Shown in pieces: positions 14,362 to 26,180 of a stretch of DNA of 64,000 nt. Location of the stretch: assembly GCF_003334785.1 (NCBI RefSeq), contig NZ_QOWV01000003.1, one strand, 5' to 3'. The DNA comes from Escherichia coli (lineage in GTDB: Bacteria > Pseudomonadota > Gammaproteobacteria > Enterobacterales > Enterobacteriaceae). The translations under genes and the position numbers were made by a program. How positions within the stretch are numbered: the stretch's first letter is position 1; each line of letters starts with the position of its first letter. The notes beneath the pieces are model-generated. The model saw only the letters and a list, made by a program, of their open reading frames with translations. It was not told where the DNA came from and did not search any database.

Positions 14362-14571
14362 ATGAATAAAGATGAAGCCGGCGGTAACTGGAAACAGTTT
14401 AAAGGTAAAGTGAAAGAGCAATGGGGCAAACTGACCGATGATGATATGACGATCATTGAAGGTAAACGTGATCAACTGGTCGGTAAAATCCAGGAACGTT
14501 ATGGTTATCAGAAAGATCAGGCAGAAAAAGAGGTCGTGGATTGGGAAACCCGCAATGAATATCGCTGGTAA
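14362..14571 (+). CDS. yjbJ: small stress-induced protein YjbJ (CsbD-like)
   Basis: ORF 14356-14571; start placed at ATG 14362 (MNKDEAGGNWKQFKGKVKEQWGKLTDDD...) giving 69 aa. Confidence 0.85.
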   Translation: MNKDEAGGNWKQFKGKVKEQWGKLTDDDMTIIEGKRDQLVGKIQERYGYQKDQAEKEVVDWETRNEYRW

Positions 14572-14612
14572 TTAATCCCTCCTGCCCGACGTGTACAAGG
14601 ATGTACGCCCTC

Positions 14613-15128
14613 TTAACGCGGTTTCTTTTTCACCTGCACAGAGTGATCATGCTGGCACTGTTCAGGATGACGACACGCTTCCACTTCTACACATGCCGCA
14701 CAGAGCCCATGTGCTTCAATCACATTATGCCGCAGGGCAAACCCCATTTTTGCCGCCAGCGTATGCATAATGTCTTCCACGCCTTCTGCACACTCTTCTT
14801 TCACTGCGCCGCAGCGATCGCAAATAAACATGGCTGACGTATGGGTGGGCTGATCGAACAGATGACAGAGCACATAACTGTTGGTGGATTCCACCTTATG
14901 CACAAAACCTTGCTCAAGCAGAAAATCCAGCGCGCGATAAACCGTTGGCGGCTTGGCTTGCGGTTCAGCTTCGCGCAGTAAATCAAGCAGATCATAAGCG
15001 CTGATAGCGCCATCCTGCAGACTCATCAGGCGCAACACTTCCAGGCGCTGTGGGGTCAGGCGCACATTACGCTGCGCGCAGATTTTTTCAGCCTGCGCTA
15101 ATAACTCCTGCGTTGTGGTCTTTTCCAT
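14613..15128 (-). CDS. zur: zinc uptake regulator (Fur family)
   Basis: ORF 14613-15188; start placed at internal ATG (MEKTTTQELLAQAEKICAQRNVRLTPQRLEVLRLM...) giving 171 aa; Cys-rich metal-binding motifs present. Confidence 0.9.
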   Translation of the reverse strand: MEKTTTQELLAQAEKICAQRNVRLTPQRLEVLRLMSLQDGAISAYDLLDLLREAEPQAKPPTVYRALDFLLEQGFVHKVESTNSYVLCHLFDQPTHTSAMFICDRCGAVKEECAEGVEDIMHTLAAKMGFALRHNVIEAHGLCAACVEVEACRHPEQCQHDHSVQVKKKPR

Positions 15129-15445
15129 CGGGCACCTCAAAGTGGGGGTTAAGAATGTCCTTACTTTACCATGTTCCAGGAAAAACACCGAGAACCCTTA
15201 TTGTTGCCGTAATGTTGATTTTCTGTTTTGTAGGTAAGGTGTTATGTTGCCTTGTCGTACCATTATCAACACGATAATAATTAATAATTCATTTTTAAAT
15301 AAATTGCTTCAAGTTAACTCGCTATTTATTTAACTGGGTTTAAACGCATACCTGTAGTTCAGAAATTATGAGCGATTTTTGATAGTGACCAGATGGCAAA
15401 AGAATTATAAGGAGGACACGGTACGACAAAAAAGGTAGATGAATC

Positions 15446-15700
15446 ATGTTGAAGATAATACCCGGTGCAACTGGATACTTTAATAAAACACTCAATTCAA
15501 ATCAATTCGATAATGAAGATGCAATCAAAGATAAATTAGATAATAGAGGTTCAATCAAAGGTAAATTAAATAATATATATGGTAAATCTATTGATTATGC
15601 AGCGCTGCGTCATCGGGATATAATTATTGCAAAAATAGATTTGTTTATTCAACGAATCACGCATAATTTATGGCATGCACGTAAAAAAATGTGTTTTTAA
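15446..15700 (+). CDS. yjbL: uncharacterised small protein in AT-rich islet
   Basis: 84-aa [38 protein letters not shown]...; matches remembered size of YjbL; function unknown. Confidence 0.55.
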
Positions 15701-15723
15701 TTGTGCAAATAAATGATCTCAAA

Positions 15724-16431
15724 ATGTGGGTCAATAAGTATATTGACGATTGCACTGATGAGGATTTAAACGATCGTGACTTTATTGCATCAGTTGTTGA
15801 CCGGGCTATTTTTCATTTCGCGATTAATAGTATATGTAATCCTGGGGATAATAAAGATGCAATGCCCATTGAACAATGTACTTTTGATGTAGAAACTAAG
15901 AATGACCTTCCCTCCACGGTTCAGCTATTTTATGAGGAATCTAAGGATAATGAACCTTTAGCGAATATACATTTTCAAGCAATAGGTTCTGGTTTTTTAA
16001 CGTTTGTTAATGCCTGCCAGGAACATGATGACAACAGCTTAAAATTATTTGCTTCGCTGTTAATTTCACTTTCATATTCTAGTGCCTACGCAGATTTATC
16101 AGAAACAGTGTATATTAATGAAAATAATGAGAGCTACCTGAAAGCTCAGTTTGAAAAATTATCTCAACGTGATATGAAGAAGTACCTGGGAGAGATGAAG
16201 CGTCTGGCTGATGGGGGAGAAATGAATTTTGATGGCTATCTGGATAAGATGTCACATCTGGTGAATGAAGGAACGCTCGATCCTGATATTTTAAGCAAAA
16301 TGCGAGATGCTGCACCACAATTAATTAGCTTCGCGAAGTCGTTTGACCCAACCTCAAAGGAAGAGATTAAAATACTTACAGACACTTCTAAATTAATTTA
16401 TGATTTGTTCGGGGTTAAATCGGAGAAATAA
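15724..16431 (+). CDS. yjbM: uncharacterised protein in AT-rich islet
   Basis: ORF 15691-16431; start placed at ATG 15724 (MWVNKYIDDCTDEDLNDRDFIASVVD...) giving 235 aa; function unknown. Confidence 0.6.
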   Translation: MWVNKYIDDCTDEDLNDRDFIASVVDRAIFHFAINSICNPGDNKDAMPIEQCTFDVETKNDLPSTVQLFYEESKDNEPLANIHFQAIGSGFLTFVNACQEHDDNSLKLFASLLISLSYSSAYADLSETVYINENNESYLKAQFEKLSQRDMKKYLGEMKRLADGGEMNFDGYLDKMSHLVNEGTLDPDILSKMRDAAPQLISFAKSFDPTSKEEIKILTDTSKLIYDLFGVKSEK

Positions 16432-16472
16432 TATGTGAAGTTCTTCGATAGTATGGAAGGCATTATATAAAA

Positions 16473-16502
16473 GGACCCAATATTTATTGGGTTCTTTTTT
16501 CT
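16473..16502 (+). terminator. rho-independent terminator after yjbM
   Basis: aaggacccaatatttattgggttcttttttctc: hairpin acccaata/tattgggt followed by TTTTTT. Confidence 0.75.
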
Positions 16503-16838
16503 CTATCAATGCTATTAGCAGGGAGATATATCACCAGAGTTTAATGTGTGATTTTTTATTTATCGTCGAACCTGGATTGTTTATCATTGGCCTTAACAAA
16601 GTTAACGGCTAATAAGATTATTTCCATCACTTCGTGAGAGCTTCATGCCTTGAGAGGATCTCAATTTTCTTTTGCAATGAGACAGGCGCTTCCTGTTGTT
16701 ATGGTATAGTACCCCGCTATTGAGCCTCCTGAATAGTGATGCTGAATAACATAACCCCATGATATATCGATAAAATAATCTCTACATTTGAAAATGCACG
16801 GTAATTCTGAAATGCAAAAAATCAACCAAACCAGCGCA

Positions 16839-17831
16839 ATGCCTGAAAAAACTGACGTTCACTGGAGTGGTCGGTTTAGCGTTGCACCAATGCTCGACTG
16901 GACGGACAGACATTGCCGCTATTTCTTGCGTCTGCTTTCCCGCAATACGTTGCTGTATACCGAAATGGTGACCACAGGGGCGATTATTCACGGTAAAGGT
17001 GATTATCTGGCGTACAGTGAAGAAGAACATCCGGTAGCGTTGCAACTGGGCGGTAGCGATCCGGCGGCGCTGGCGCAGTGTGCAAAGCTGGCAGAAGCGC
17101 GCGGATATGATGAGATCAACCTGAATGTCGGCTGCCCGTCTGACCGGGTGCAGAACGGCATGTTTGGTGCGTGTCTGATGGGTAATGCGCAGCTGGTTGC
17201 CGACTGCGTGAAAGCGATGCGCGATGTGGTGTCGATTCCGGTGACGGTGAAAACGCGTATTGGCATCGACGACCAGGACAGCTATGAATTTCTCTGCGAT
17301 TTCATCAATACCGTTTCCGGCAAAGGCGAGTGTGAGATGTTCATCATCCACGCACGTAAAGCCTGGCTTTCGGGGTTAAGCCCGAAAGAAAACCGTGAAA
17401 TCCCGCCGCTCGATTATCCGCGTGTGTATCAACTGAAGCGTGACTTTCCGCATCTGACAATGTCGATTAACGGTGGTATCAAGTCGCTGGAAGAGGCCAA
17501 AGCACACCTGCAACATATGGATGGCGTGATGGTCGGGCGCGAGGCGTATCAGAATCCGGGTATTCTGGCGGCGGTAGACCGGGAGATCTTTGGTTCCTCG
17601 GATACCGATGCCGATCCGGTGGCGGTAGTGCGCGCCATGTATCCGTACATTGAGCGTGAACTCAGCCAGGGGACGTATCTCGGCCATATTACCCGGCATA
17701 TGTTGGGCTTGTTCCAGGGTATTCCTGGCGCGCGGCAGTGGCGGCGTTATTTAAGTGAAAATGCCCATAAAGCGGGTGCAGACATTAATGTGCTGGAACA
17801 CGCGCTCAAACTGGTGGCGGATAAGCGTTAA
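16839..17831 (+). CDS. dusA: tRNA-dihydrouridine synthase A
   Basis: ORF 16788-17831 (347 codons); in-frame ATGs at 16794 and 16839 would give 345 and 330 aa; I recall both lengths from different annotations and chose 330 aa ([29 protein letters not shown]...); Dus TIM-barrel motifs. Confidence 0.85.
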   Translation: MPEKTDVHWSGRFSVAPMLDWTDRHCRYFLRLLSRNTLLYTEMVTTGAIIHGKGDYLAYSEEEHPVALQLGGSDPAALAQCAKLAEARGYDEINLNVGCPSDRVQNGMFGACLMGNAQLVADCVKAMRDVVSIPVTVKTRIGIDDQDSYEFLCDFINTVSGKGECEMFIIHARKAWLSGLSPKENREIPPLDYPRVYQLKRDFPHLTMSINGGIKSLEEAKAHLQHMDGVMVGREAYQNPGILAAVDREIFGSSDTDADPVAVVRAMYPYIERELSQGTYLGHITRHMLGLFQGIPGARQWRRYLSENAHKAGADINVLEHALKLVADKR

Positions 17832-17895
17832 CTTTTCACCAAAAAGTAGTCAAATTCACCACGCCCTGCGCACCGTCGCGGGGCGTTTTGCTGTT

Positions 17896-17929
17896 AAATC
17901 AATAGATTATTTTTGGCATGATTCTTGTA
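17896..17929 (+). promoter_or_regulatory. putative sigma54 promoter with IHF-like site upstream of pspG
   Basis: IHF-like aatcaatagattat (17897-17910) followed by TGGCATGATTCTTGTA (17914-17929; GG-N10-GT, like the pspA promoter) about 35 bp before the pspG ATG. Confidence 0.5.
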
Positions 17930-17964
17930 ATGCCAGCAAGAGATTTCATATTTGGGAGAGCATC

Positions 17965-18207
17965 ATGCTGGAACTACTTTTTGTGATTGGCTTTTTTGTC
18001 ATGCTGATGGTCACCGGCGTTTCGTTGCTGGGCATTATCGCCGCGCTGGTTGTGGCGACGGCCATTATGTTCCTCGGCGGTATGCTGGCATTGATGATTA
18101 AGTTGCTGCCGTGGTTACTACTGGCGATTGCGGTGGTGTGGGTTATTAAGGCGATTAAAGCACCAAAAGTGCCGAAATATCAGCGTTATGACCGCTGGCG
18201 TTACTAA
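17965..18207 (+). CDS. pspG: phage shock protein G
   Basis: ORF 17755-18207; start placed at ATG 17965 (MLELLFVIGFFVMLMVTGVSLLGIIAALVV...) giving an 80-aa small membrane protein. Confidence 0.85.
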   Translation: MLELLFVIGFFVMLMVTGVSLLGIIAALVVATAIMFLGGMLALMIKLLPWLLLAIAVVWVIKAIKAPKVPKYQRYDRWRY

Positions 18208-18340
18208 GGGATTGTGCGGATGATCACAACCTAAGGTTTTATCCTTAGAACAAAATAGGAATTGATAATCAAATCTGTCACTATTGCGCCTCTAACAGAT
18301 TCATCGTGCTGTACCCTACATACAGCCGAACTATAAAAAG

Positions 18341-18372
18341 AAAGGGCTTCCCAGGTGGAAGCCCTATTTCTT
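18341..18372. terminator. bidirectional terminator hairpin between convergent pspG and qor
   Basis: aaagggcttcccaggtggaagccctatttctttt: stem gggcttcc/ggaagccc flanked by A-run and T-run. Confidence 0.7.
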
Positions 18373-19356
18373 TTATGGAATCAGCAGGCTGGAACCTTGC
18401 GTCGCCCGGCTTTCCAGAATCTCATGCGCACGCTGCGCATCCTTCAGCGGATATTTCTGCTGCTCGGCGACATCGACCTTAATCACACCGCTGGCAATCA
18501 AAGAGAACAGTTCATTACTGGCCTCGGTTAATTCCTCCCGCGTGGTGATATAGCCTTGCAGGGAAGGGCGTGTCATATACAACGAGCCTTTTTGATTGAG
18601 AATGCCTAAGTTCACACCGGTAACCGCACCTGATGAGTTGCCAAAACTGACCATTAAGCCGCGGCGTTGCAGGCAATCCAGCGACCGTTCCCAGGTGTCT
18701 CTGCCCACGGAATCGTACACCACGCGCACTTTCTTACCGCCGGTGATCTCTTTTAACCGCTCGACCAGATCCTCTTCACGATAGTTAATAACCTGCCACG
18801 CGCCCGCTTTTAGCGCGCTCTGCGCTTTTTGCGCGGTTCCTACGGTGCCGATAAGTTTCGCGCCCAGGGCTTTTGCCCACTGGCAGGCAATTAAGCCAAC
18901 GCCGCCAGCCGCTGCGTGGAACAGGAACTGTTCATCGGGTTTAATTTCATAGGTTTTGCGCAGCAGATAATAAACCGTTAAGCCTTTCAGGAAGGATGCC
19001 GCAGCTTGCTCAAAAGAAATTGCCGCAGGCAGAATCGCCGCTTTATCCGCAATAATGTTATGCACAGAGCTGTAAGCGCCTAACGCCGACTGCGCATAGA
19101 CTACACGATCGCCTGCCTTAATATGCTTTACACCACTGCCGACTTTACTCACGATGCCTGCTGCTTCGGTGCCTAATCCGCTGGGTAGCGATGGCGGCGG
19201 GTAAAGGCCGCTGCGGATATATGTGTCGATAAAATTGATGCCGATGGCTTTATTTTCGACCTGGATTTCATTCTCCGCCGGATCGGCAGGAGTGAACTCT
19301 ACGGCTTGAAGTACTTCCGGGCCACCGTGCTTGTGAAATTCAATTCGTGTTGCCAT
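18373..19356 (-). CDS. qor: NADPH:quinone oxidoreductase
   Basis: ORF 18373-19464; start placed at internal ATG (reverse complement of 19354-19356, MATRIEFHKHGGPEVLQAVEF...) giving 327 aa. Confidence 0.92.
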   Translation of the reverse strand: MATRIEFHKHGGPEVLQAVEFTPADPAENEIQVENKAIGINFIDTYIRSGLYPPPSLPSGLGTEAAGIVSKVGSGVKHIKAGDRVVYAQSALGAYSSVHNIIADKAAILPAAISFEQAAASFLKGLTVYYLLRKTYEIKPDEQFLFHAAAGGVGLIACQWAKALGAKLIGTVGTAQKAQSALKAGAWQVINYREEDLVERLKEITGGKKVRVVYDSVGRDTWERSLDCLQRRGLMVSFGNSSGAVTGVNLGILNQKGSLYMTRPSLQGYITTREELTEASNELFSLIASGVIKVDVAEQQKYPLKDAQRAHEILESRATQGSSLLIP

Positions 19357-19438
19357 GTGTCCTCCAGAACGTATCGTCAGGGTCTGCTTCATATGATAAA
19401 GTTTCGACCCATTCTTTATCTCGGTAACTCCATTCACT

Positions 19439-20854
19439 ATGGCAGGAAATAAACCCTTCAACAAACAGCAGGCTGAACCCCGCGAACGCGATCCACAAGT
19501 TGCCGGGCTGAAAGTGCCTCCGCACTCGATCGAAGCGGAGCAGTCGGTGTTGGGCGGTTTAATGCTAGATAACGAACGCTGGGATGATGTAGCCGAGCGT
19601 GTGGTAGCAGACGATTTTTACACCCGCCCACACCGTCATATCTTTACTGAAATGGCGCGTTTGCAGGAAAGCGGTAGCCCTATCGATCTGATTACTCTTG
19701 CGGAATCGCTGGAACGCCAGGGGCAACTCGATAGCGTCGGTGGTTTTGCTTATCTGGCAGAGCTGTCAAAAAATACGCCAAGTGCGGCTAACATCAGTGC
19801 CTATGCGGACATCGTGCGTGAACGTGCCGTTGTCCGTGAGATGATCTCGGTTGCGAATGAGATTGCCGAAGCTGGTTTTGATCCGCAGGGGCGTACCAGC
19901 GAAGATCTGCTGGATCTGGCTGAATCCCGCGTCTTTAAAATTGCCGAAAGTCGTGCGAACAAAGACGAAGGGCCGAAGAACATCGCCGATGTGCTCGACG
20001 CAACCGTGGCGCGTATTGAGCAGTTGTTTCAGCAGCCACACGATGGCGTTACCGGGGTAAACACCGGTTATGACGATCTCAACAAAAAAACCGCTGGCTT
20101 GCAGCCGTCGGATTTGATCATCGTCGCCGCGCGTCCGTCGATGGGTAAAACAACATTTGCGATGAACCTCGTCGAAAACGCGGCGATGTTGCAGGATAAA
20201 CCGGTACTTATCTTCTCGCTGGAGATGCCATCAGAACAGATCATGATGCGTTCTCTGGCGTCGCTGTCGCGCGTTGACCAGACTAAAATCCGTACCGGGC
20301 AGCTCGATGACGAAGACTGGGCGCGCATTTCCGGCACCATGGGTATTTTGCTCGAAAAACGCAATATCTATATCGATGACTCCTCCGGCCTGACGCCAAC
20401 GGAAGTGCGTTCCCGCGCACGCCGTATTGCCCGTGAACACGGCGGCATCGGGCTTATCATGATCGACTACCTGCAACTGATGCGCGTACCGGCGCTTTCC
20501 GATAACCGTACGCTGGAAATTGCAGAAATCTCTCGCTCGCTGAAAGCACTGGCGAAAGAACTGAACGTGCCGGTGGTGGCGCTGTCCCAGTTGAACCGTT
20601 CTCTGGAACAACGTGCCGACAAACGCCCGGTCAACTCCGACCTGCGTGAATCTGGCTCTATCGAGCAGGATGCGGACTTGATCATGTTTATCTATCGTGA
20701 TGAGGTGTATCACGAAAACAGTGATTTAAAAGGCATCGCGGAAATTATTATCGGTAAACAACGTAACGGCCCAATCGGGACGGTACGCCTGACCTTTAAC
20801 GGTCAATGGTCGCGCTTCGACAACTATGCGGGGCCGCAGTACGACGACGAATAA
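19439..20854 (+). CDS. dnaB: replicative DNA helicase
   Basis: 471-aa ORF MAGNKPFNKQQAEPRERDPQVAGLKVPPHSIEAEQSVLGG...; Walker A ARPSMGKTT. Confidence 0.97.
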   Translation: MAGNKPFNKQQAEPRERDPQVAGLKVPPHSIEAEQSVLGGLMLDNERWDDVAERVVADDFYTRPHRHIFTEMARLQESGSPIDLITLAESLERQGQLDSVGGFAYLAELSKNTPSAANISAYADIVRERAVVREMISVANEIAEAGFDPQGRTSEDLLDLAESRVFKIAESRANKDEGPKNIADVLDATVARIEQLFQQPHDGVTGVNTGYDDLNKKTAGLQPSDLIIVAARPSMGKTTFAMNLVENAAMLQDKPVLIFSLEMPSEQIMMRSLASLSRVDQTKIRTGQLDDEDWARISGTMGILLEKRNIYIDDSSGLTPTEVRSRARRIAREHGGIGLIMIDYLQLMRVPALSDNRTLEIAEISRSLKALAKELNVPVVALSQLNRSLEQRADKRPVNSDLRESGSIEQDADLIMFIYRDEVYHENSDLKGIAEIIIGKQRNGPIGTVRLTFNGQWSRFDNYAGPQYDDE

Positions 20855-20906
20855 TAATTATTTTATGAATTAGGTAATTAAAGCAAACACTTATCAAGGA
20901 ACACAA

Positions 20907-21986
20907 ATGCAAGCGGCAACTGTTGTGATTAACCGCCGCGCTCTGCGACACAACCTGCAACGTCTTCGTGAACTGGCCCCTGCCAGTAAAATGGTTGCGG
21001 TGGTGAAAGCGAACGCTTATGGTCACGGTCTTCTTGAGACCGCGCGAACGCTCCCCGATGCTGACGCCTTTGGCGTAGCCCGTCTCGAAGAAGCTCTGCG
21101 ACTGCGTGCGGGGGGAATCACCAAACCTGTACTGTTACTCGAAGGCTTTTTTGATGCCAGAGATCTGCCGACGATTTCTGCGCAACATTTTCATACCGCC
21201 GTGCATAACGAAGAACAGCTGGCTGCGCTGGAAGAGGCTAGCCTGGACGAGCCGGTTACCGTCTGGATGAAACTCGATACCGGTATGCACCGTCTGGGCG
21301 TAAGGCCGGAACAGGCTGAGGCGTTTTATCATCGCCTGACCCAGTGCAAAAACGTTCGTCAGCCGGTGAATATCGTCAGCCATTTTGCGCGCGCGGATGA
21401 ACCAAAATGTGGCGCAACCGAGAAACAACTCGCTATCTTTAATACCTTTTGCGAAGGCAAACCTGGTCAACGTTCCATTGCCGCGTCGGGTGGCATTCTG
21501 CTGTGGCCACAGTCGCATTTTGACTGGGTGCGCCCGGGCATCATTCTTTATGGCGTCTCGCCGCTGGAAGATCGCTCCACCGGTGCCGATTTTGGCTGTC
21601 AGCCAGTGATGTCACTAACCTCCAGCCTGATTGCCGTGCGTGAGCATAAAGCCGGAGAGCCTGTTGGTTATGGTGGAACCTGGGTAAGCGAACGTGATAC
21701 CCGTCTTGGCGTAGTCGCGATGGGCTATGGCGATGGTTATCCGCGCGCCGCGCCGTCCGGTACGCCAGTGCTGGTGAACGGTCGCGAAGTACCGATTGTC
21801 GGGCGCGTGGCGATGGATATGATCTGCGTAGACTTAGGTCCACAGGCGCAGGACAAAGCCGGGGATCCGGTCATTTTATGGGGCGAAGGTTTGCCCGTAG
21901 AACGTATCGCTGAAATGACGAAAGTAAGCGCTTACGAACTTATTACGCGCCTGACTTCAAGGGTCGCGATGAAATACGTGGATTAA
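20907..21986 (+). CDS. alr: alanine racemase (biosynthetic)
   Basis: 359-aa ORF with PLP-binding motif [10 protein letters not shown]. Confidence 0.95.
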
Positions 21987-22011
21987 TCGTTCTGTAATAT
22001 TTGATTGTCTG

Positions 22012-22044
22012 TGCCGGATGCGGCGTGAATGCCTTATCCGGCCA
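22012..22044. repeat. single REP element after alr
   Basis: gtgccggatgcggcgtgaatgccttatccggcc palindrome. Confidence 0.75.
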
Positions 22045-22238
22045 ATAAAATCCTAAAAATTCAATAAGTTGATGTTCTTTCATGCTCTTATAAAGGTCGT
22101 GCCTCTGGCGGATGTACGTTTGTCATGAGTCTCACTCTGTTGCTAATTGCCGTTCGCTCCTGAACATCCACTCGATCTTCGCCTTCTTCCGGTTTATTGT
22201 GTTTTAACCACCTGCCCGTAAACCTGGAGAACCATCGC

Positions 22239-23432
22239 GTGTTTCAAAAAGTTGACGCCTACGCTGGCGACCCGATTCTTACGCTTATGGAGCGTTTTAA
22301 AGAAGACCCTCGCAGCGACAAAGTGAATTTAAGTATCGGTCTGTACTACAACGAAGACGGAATTATTCCACAACTGCAAGCCGTGGCGGAGGCGGAAGCG
22401 CGCCTGAATGCGCAGCCTCATGGCGCTTCGCTTTATTTACCGATGGAAGGGCTTAACTGCTATCGCCATGCCATTGCGCCGCTGCTGTTTGGTGCGGACC
22501 ATCCGGTACTGAAACAACAGCGCGTAGCAACCATTCAAACCCTTGGCGGCTCCGGGGCATTGAAAGTGGGCGCGGATTTCCTGAAACGCTACTTCCCGGA
22601 ATCAGGCGTCTGGGTCAGCGATCCTACCTGGGAAAACCACGTAGCAATATTCGCCGGGGCTGGATTCGAAGTGAGTACTTACCCCTGGTATGACGAAGCG
22701 ACTAACGGCGTGCGCTTTAATGACCTGTTGGCGACGCTGAAAACATTACCTGCCCGCAGTATTGTGTTGCTGCATCCATGTTGCCACAACCCAACGGGTG
22801 CCGATCTCACTAATGATCAGTGGGATGCGGTGATTGAAATTCTCAAAGCCCGCGAGCTTATTCCATTCCTCGATATTGCCTATCAAGGATTTGGTGCCGG
22901 TATGGAAGAGGATGCCTACGCTATTCGCGCCATTGCCAGCGCTGGATTACCCGCTCTGGTGAGCAATTCGTTCTCGAAAATTTTCTCCCTTTACGGCGAG
23001 CGCGTCGGCGGACTTTCTGTTATGTGTGAAGATGCCGAAGCCGCTGGCCGCGTACTGGGGCAATTGAAAGCAACAGTTCGCCGCAACTACTCCAGCCCGC
23101 CGAATTTTGGTGCGCAGGTGGTGGCTGCAGTGCTGAATGACGAGGCATTGAAAGCCAGCTGGCTGGCGGAAGTAGAAGAGATGCGTACTCGCATTCTGGC
23201 AATGCGTCAGGAATTGGTGAAGGTATTAAGCACAGAGATGCCAGAACGCAATTTCGATTATCTGCTTAATCAGCGCGGCATGTTCAGTTATACCGGTTTA
23301 AGTGCCGCTCAGGTTGACCGACTACGTGAAGAATTTGGTGTCTATCTCATCGCCAGCGGTCGCATGTGTGTCGCCGGGTTAAATACGGCAAATGTACAAC
23401 GTGTGGCAAAGGCGTTTGCTGCGGTGATGTAA
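22239..23432 (+). CDS. tyrB: aromatic amino acid aminotransferase
   Basis: ORF 22197-23432; start placed at GTG 22239 ([24 protein letters not shown]...) giving 397 aa. Confidence 0.92.
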   Translation: MFQKVDAYAGDPILTLMERFKEDPRSDKVNLSIGLYYNEDGIIPQLQAVAEAEARLNAQPHGASLYLPMEGLNCYRHAIAPLLFGADHPVLKQQRVATIQTLGGSGALKVGADFLKRYFPESGVWVSDPTWENHVAIFAGAGFEVSTYPWYDEATNGVRFNDLLATLKTLPARSIVLLHPCCHNPTGADLTNDQWDAVIEILKARELIPFLDIAYQGFGAGMEEDAYAIRAIASAGLPALVSNSFSKIFSLYGERVGGLSVMCEDAEAAGRVLGQLKATVRRNYSSPPNFGAQVVAAVLNDEALKASWLAEVEEMRTRILAMRQELVKVLSTEMPERNFDYLLNQRGMFSYTGLSAAQVDRLREEFGVYLIASGRMCVAGLNTANVQRVAKAFAAVM

Positions 23433-23933
23433 TGCAGGAAAGCAGGCTGGAGCTACCCAGCCTGCAGTGAAATTAAACTGTCGTCGCTTTCACTCTTTCT
23501 TTATAGATGATTTTTTTGATGCCATCGTTCTACGTGAGAGATAATAAACGTTGTTAGTTCTTTTATTGTTAAGCTTATCCCAATTATCTGGAATTCCTTA
23601 TCCTGTTTTTTTGGGTGGAGTAATAATTTCTGCACATCTAACCATTATTAAATTTAATAATAAGTATCGGGTTTGTTACGATAGAATATTTCTATATCCT
23701 CAAGAATATGCTTTGCCTTATTGCCTGTGACTTTCTGAGATTCAATTATAGTATCGTTAAATTCTAATGTTAAAGAGAACTCTTTTTTCCGCTTTGTGTA
23801 AGTTTAACCTTATATTGATTACCAATATCAAATAAAAAGGTCCTGTAATGAGAATAATCACCTTTAACCTCCTCGGCAAAACAGCAAAGCGTGCAAATAT
23901 ACATAAAGTCTTTCTTACCCCTGATTTTGTTAA

Positions 23934-24137
23934 CTAAATCAATAAATGCGTGAAAAACTTTACTTGCAATAGAACTTGATACTTCTTCTCCAGGTCTAAA
24001 AAATCTTTTGCAATTTTTAACTGTGTTTCTATGTATAAAAAGAAATCTTTGGCATAAGAGATATCTTTATTATTTAGTGCATCTAGCTCAACAGGTAAAG
24101 ATGTCGTTTTGTTGCTATTCACATATGATATATTCAT
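23934..24137 (-). CDS. yjbS: small uncharacterised protein in AT-rich spacer
   Basis: ORF 23934-24176 on minus strand; internal ATG gives 67 aa (MNISYVNSNKTTSLPVELDALNNKD...), the size I recall for YjbS; weak call. Confidence 0.4.
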   Translation of the reverse strand: MNISYVNSNKTTSLPVELDALNNKDISYAKDFFLYIETQLKIAKDFLDLEKKYQVLLQVKFFTHLLI

Positions 24138-24259
24138 ATCATCATCTCCATCGCGAGTAATAAAATTAATCACCATTGTAGGGTAGGGGGCTGGTCAATC
24201 AGAAATCATCTTTATAAACTTCGATTGTTTTTGTAATGCTGTATCATTAAGTTCATTAA

Positions 24260-25250
<991 letters not shown>

Positions 25251-25252
<2 letters not shown>

Positions 25253-25294
25253 CAGAGCGGGAGAGCGTGATGCTCTCCCGAATGCTGTTTTTTT
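25251..25294 (+). terminator. rho-independent terminator after aphA
   Basis: cagagcgggagagcgtgatgctctcccgaatgctgttttttt: stem gggagagc/gctctccc with extended bulged stem and T7 run. Confidence 0.7.
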
Positions 25295-25362
25295 AATCAC
25301 ACCTTTATCCTTTCGCTGTCTTGCTGCAAACTGATTAAGAGAGTTTTATCAAGGAGCAGCAC

Positions 25363-25779
25363 ATGTGGTATCAAAAGACGCTCACGCTTAGCGCCAAATC
25401 TCGTGGGTTTCATCTGGTAACGGATGAAATTCTGAATCAGCTGGCTGATATGCCGCGCGTTAACATCGGCTTACTGCATCTGTTGCTGCAACATACCTCC
25501 GCCTCTCTGACACTTAATGAGAACTGCGATCCCACCGTACGCCACGACATGGAGCGTTTTTTCCTCCGCACCGTTCCCGACAACGGAAATTATGAGCATG
25601 ACTATGAGGGAGCAGACGATATGCCTTCTCATATCAAATCCTCAATGCTGGGAACATCGCTTGTATTGCCGGTGCATAAAGGGCGTATTCAGACCGGCAC
25701 CTGGCAAGGCATTTGGCTGGGGGAACATCGCATCCACGGCGGATCGCGTCGCATCATCGCGACACTACAAGGGGAGTAA
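25363..25779 (+). CDS. yjbQ: UPF0047-family protein
   Basis: 138-aa [39 protein letters not shown]... Confidence 0.88.
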
Positions 25780-25782
25780 AAA

Positions 25783-26139
25783 ATGACCATTTCGGAGTTG
25801 CTACAATATTGCATGGCAAAACCAGGCGCAGAACAGAGCGTGCATAATGACTGGAAAGCGACGCAGATCAAAGTGGAAGATGTACTGTTTGCGATGGTGA
25901 AAGAAGTAGAAAATCGCCCAGCTGTTTCGCTGAAAACCAGCCCGGAGCTGGCGGAGCTGCTACGTCAGCAGCACAGCGATGTGCGTCCAAGCCGCCATCT
26001 GAATAAAGCGCACTGGAGCACCGTGTATCTCGACGGTTCGCTGCCAGATTCGCAAATCTATTATCTGGTGGATGCGTCTTATCAGCAGGCGGTGAATTTA
26101 CTGCCGGAAGAAAAACGTAAATTGCTGGTGCAACTCTGA
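25783..26139 (+). CDS. yjbR: YjbR/MmcQ-family protein
   Basis: 118-aa ORF MTISELLQYCMAKPGAEQSVHNDWKATQIKVED...; starts 3 bp after yjbQ stop. Confidence 0.88.
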   Translation: MTISELLQYCMAKPGAEQSVHNDWKATQIKVEDVLFAMVKEVENRPAVSLKTSPELAELLRQQHSDVRPSRHLNKAHWSTVYLDGSLPDSQIYYLVDASYQQAVNLLPEEKRKLLVQL

Positions 26140-26152
26140 AAGGAAAAGGCCG

Positions 26153-26180
26153 CTCAGAAAGCGGCCTTAACGATTACAGC
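26153..26180 (-). terminator. terminator hairpin between convergent yjbR and uvrA
   Basis: aaaaggccgctcagaaagcggcctt: stem aaggccgc/gcggcctt; T-rich tail on the minus strand (uvrA side). Confidence 0.65.
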
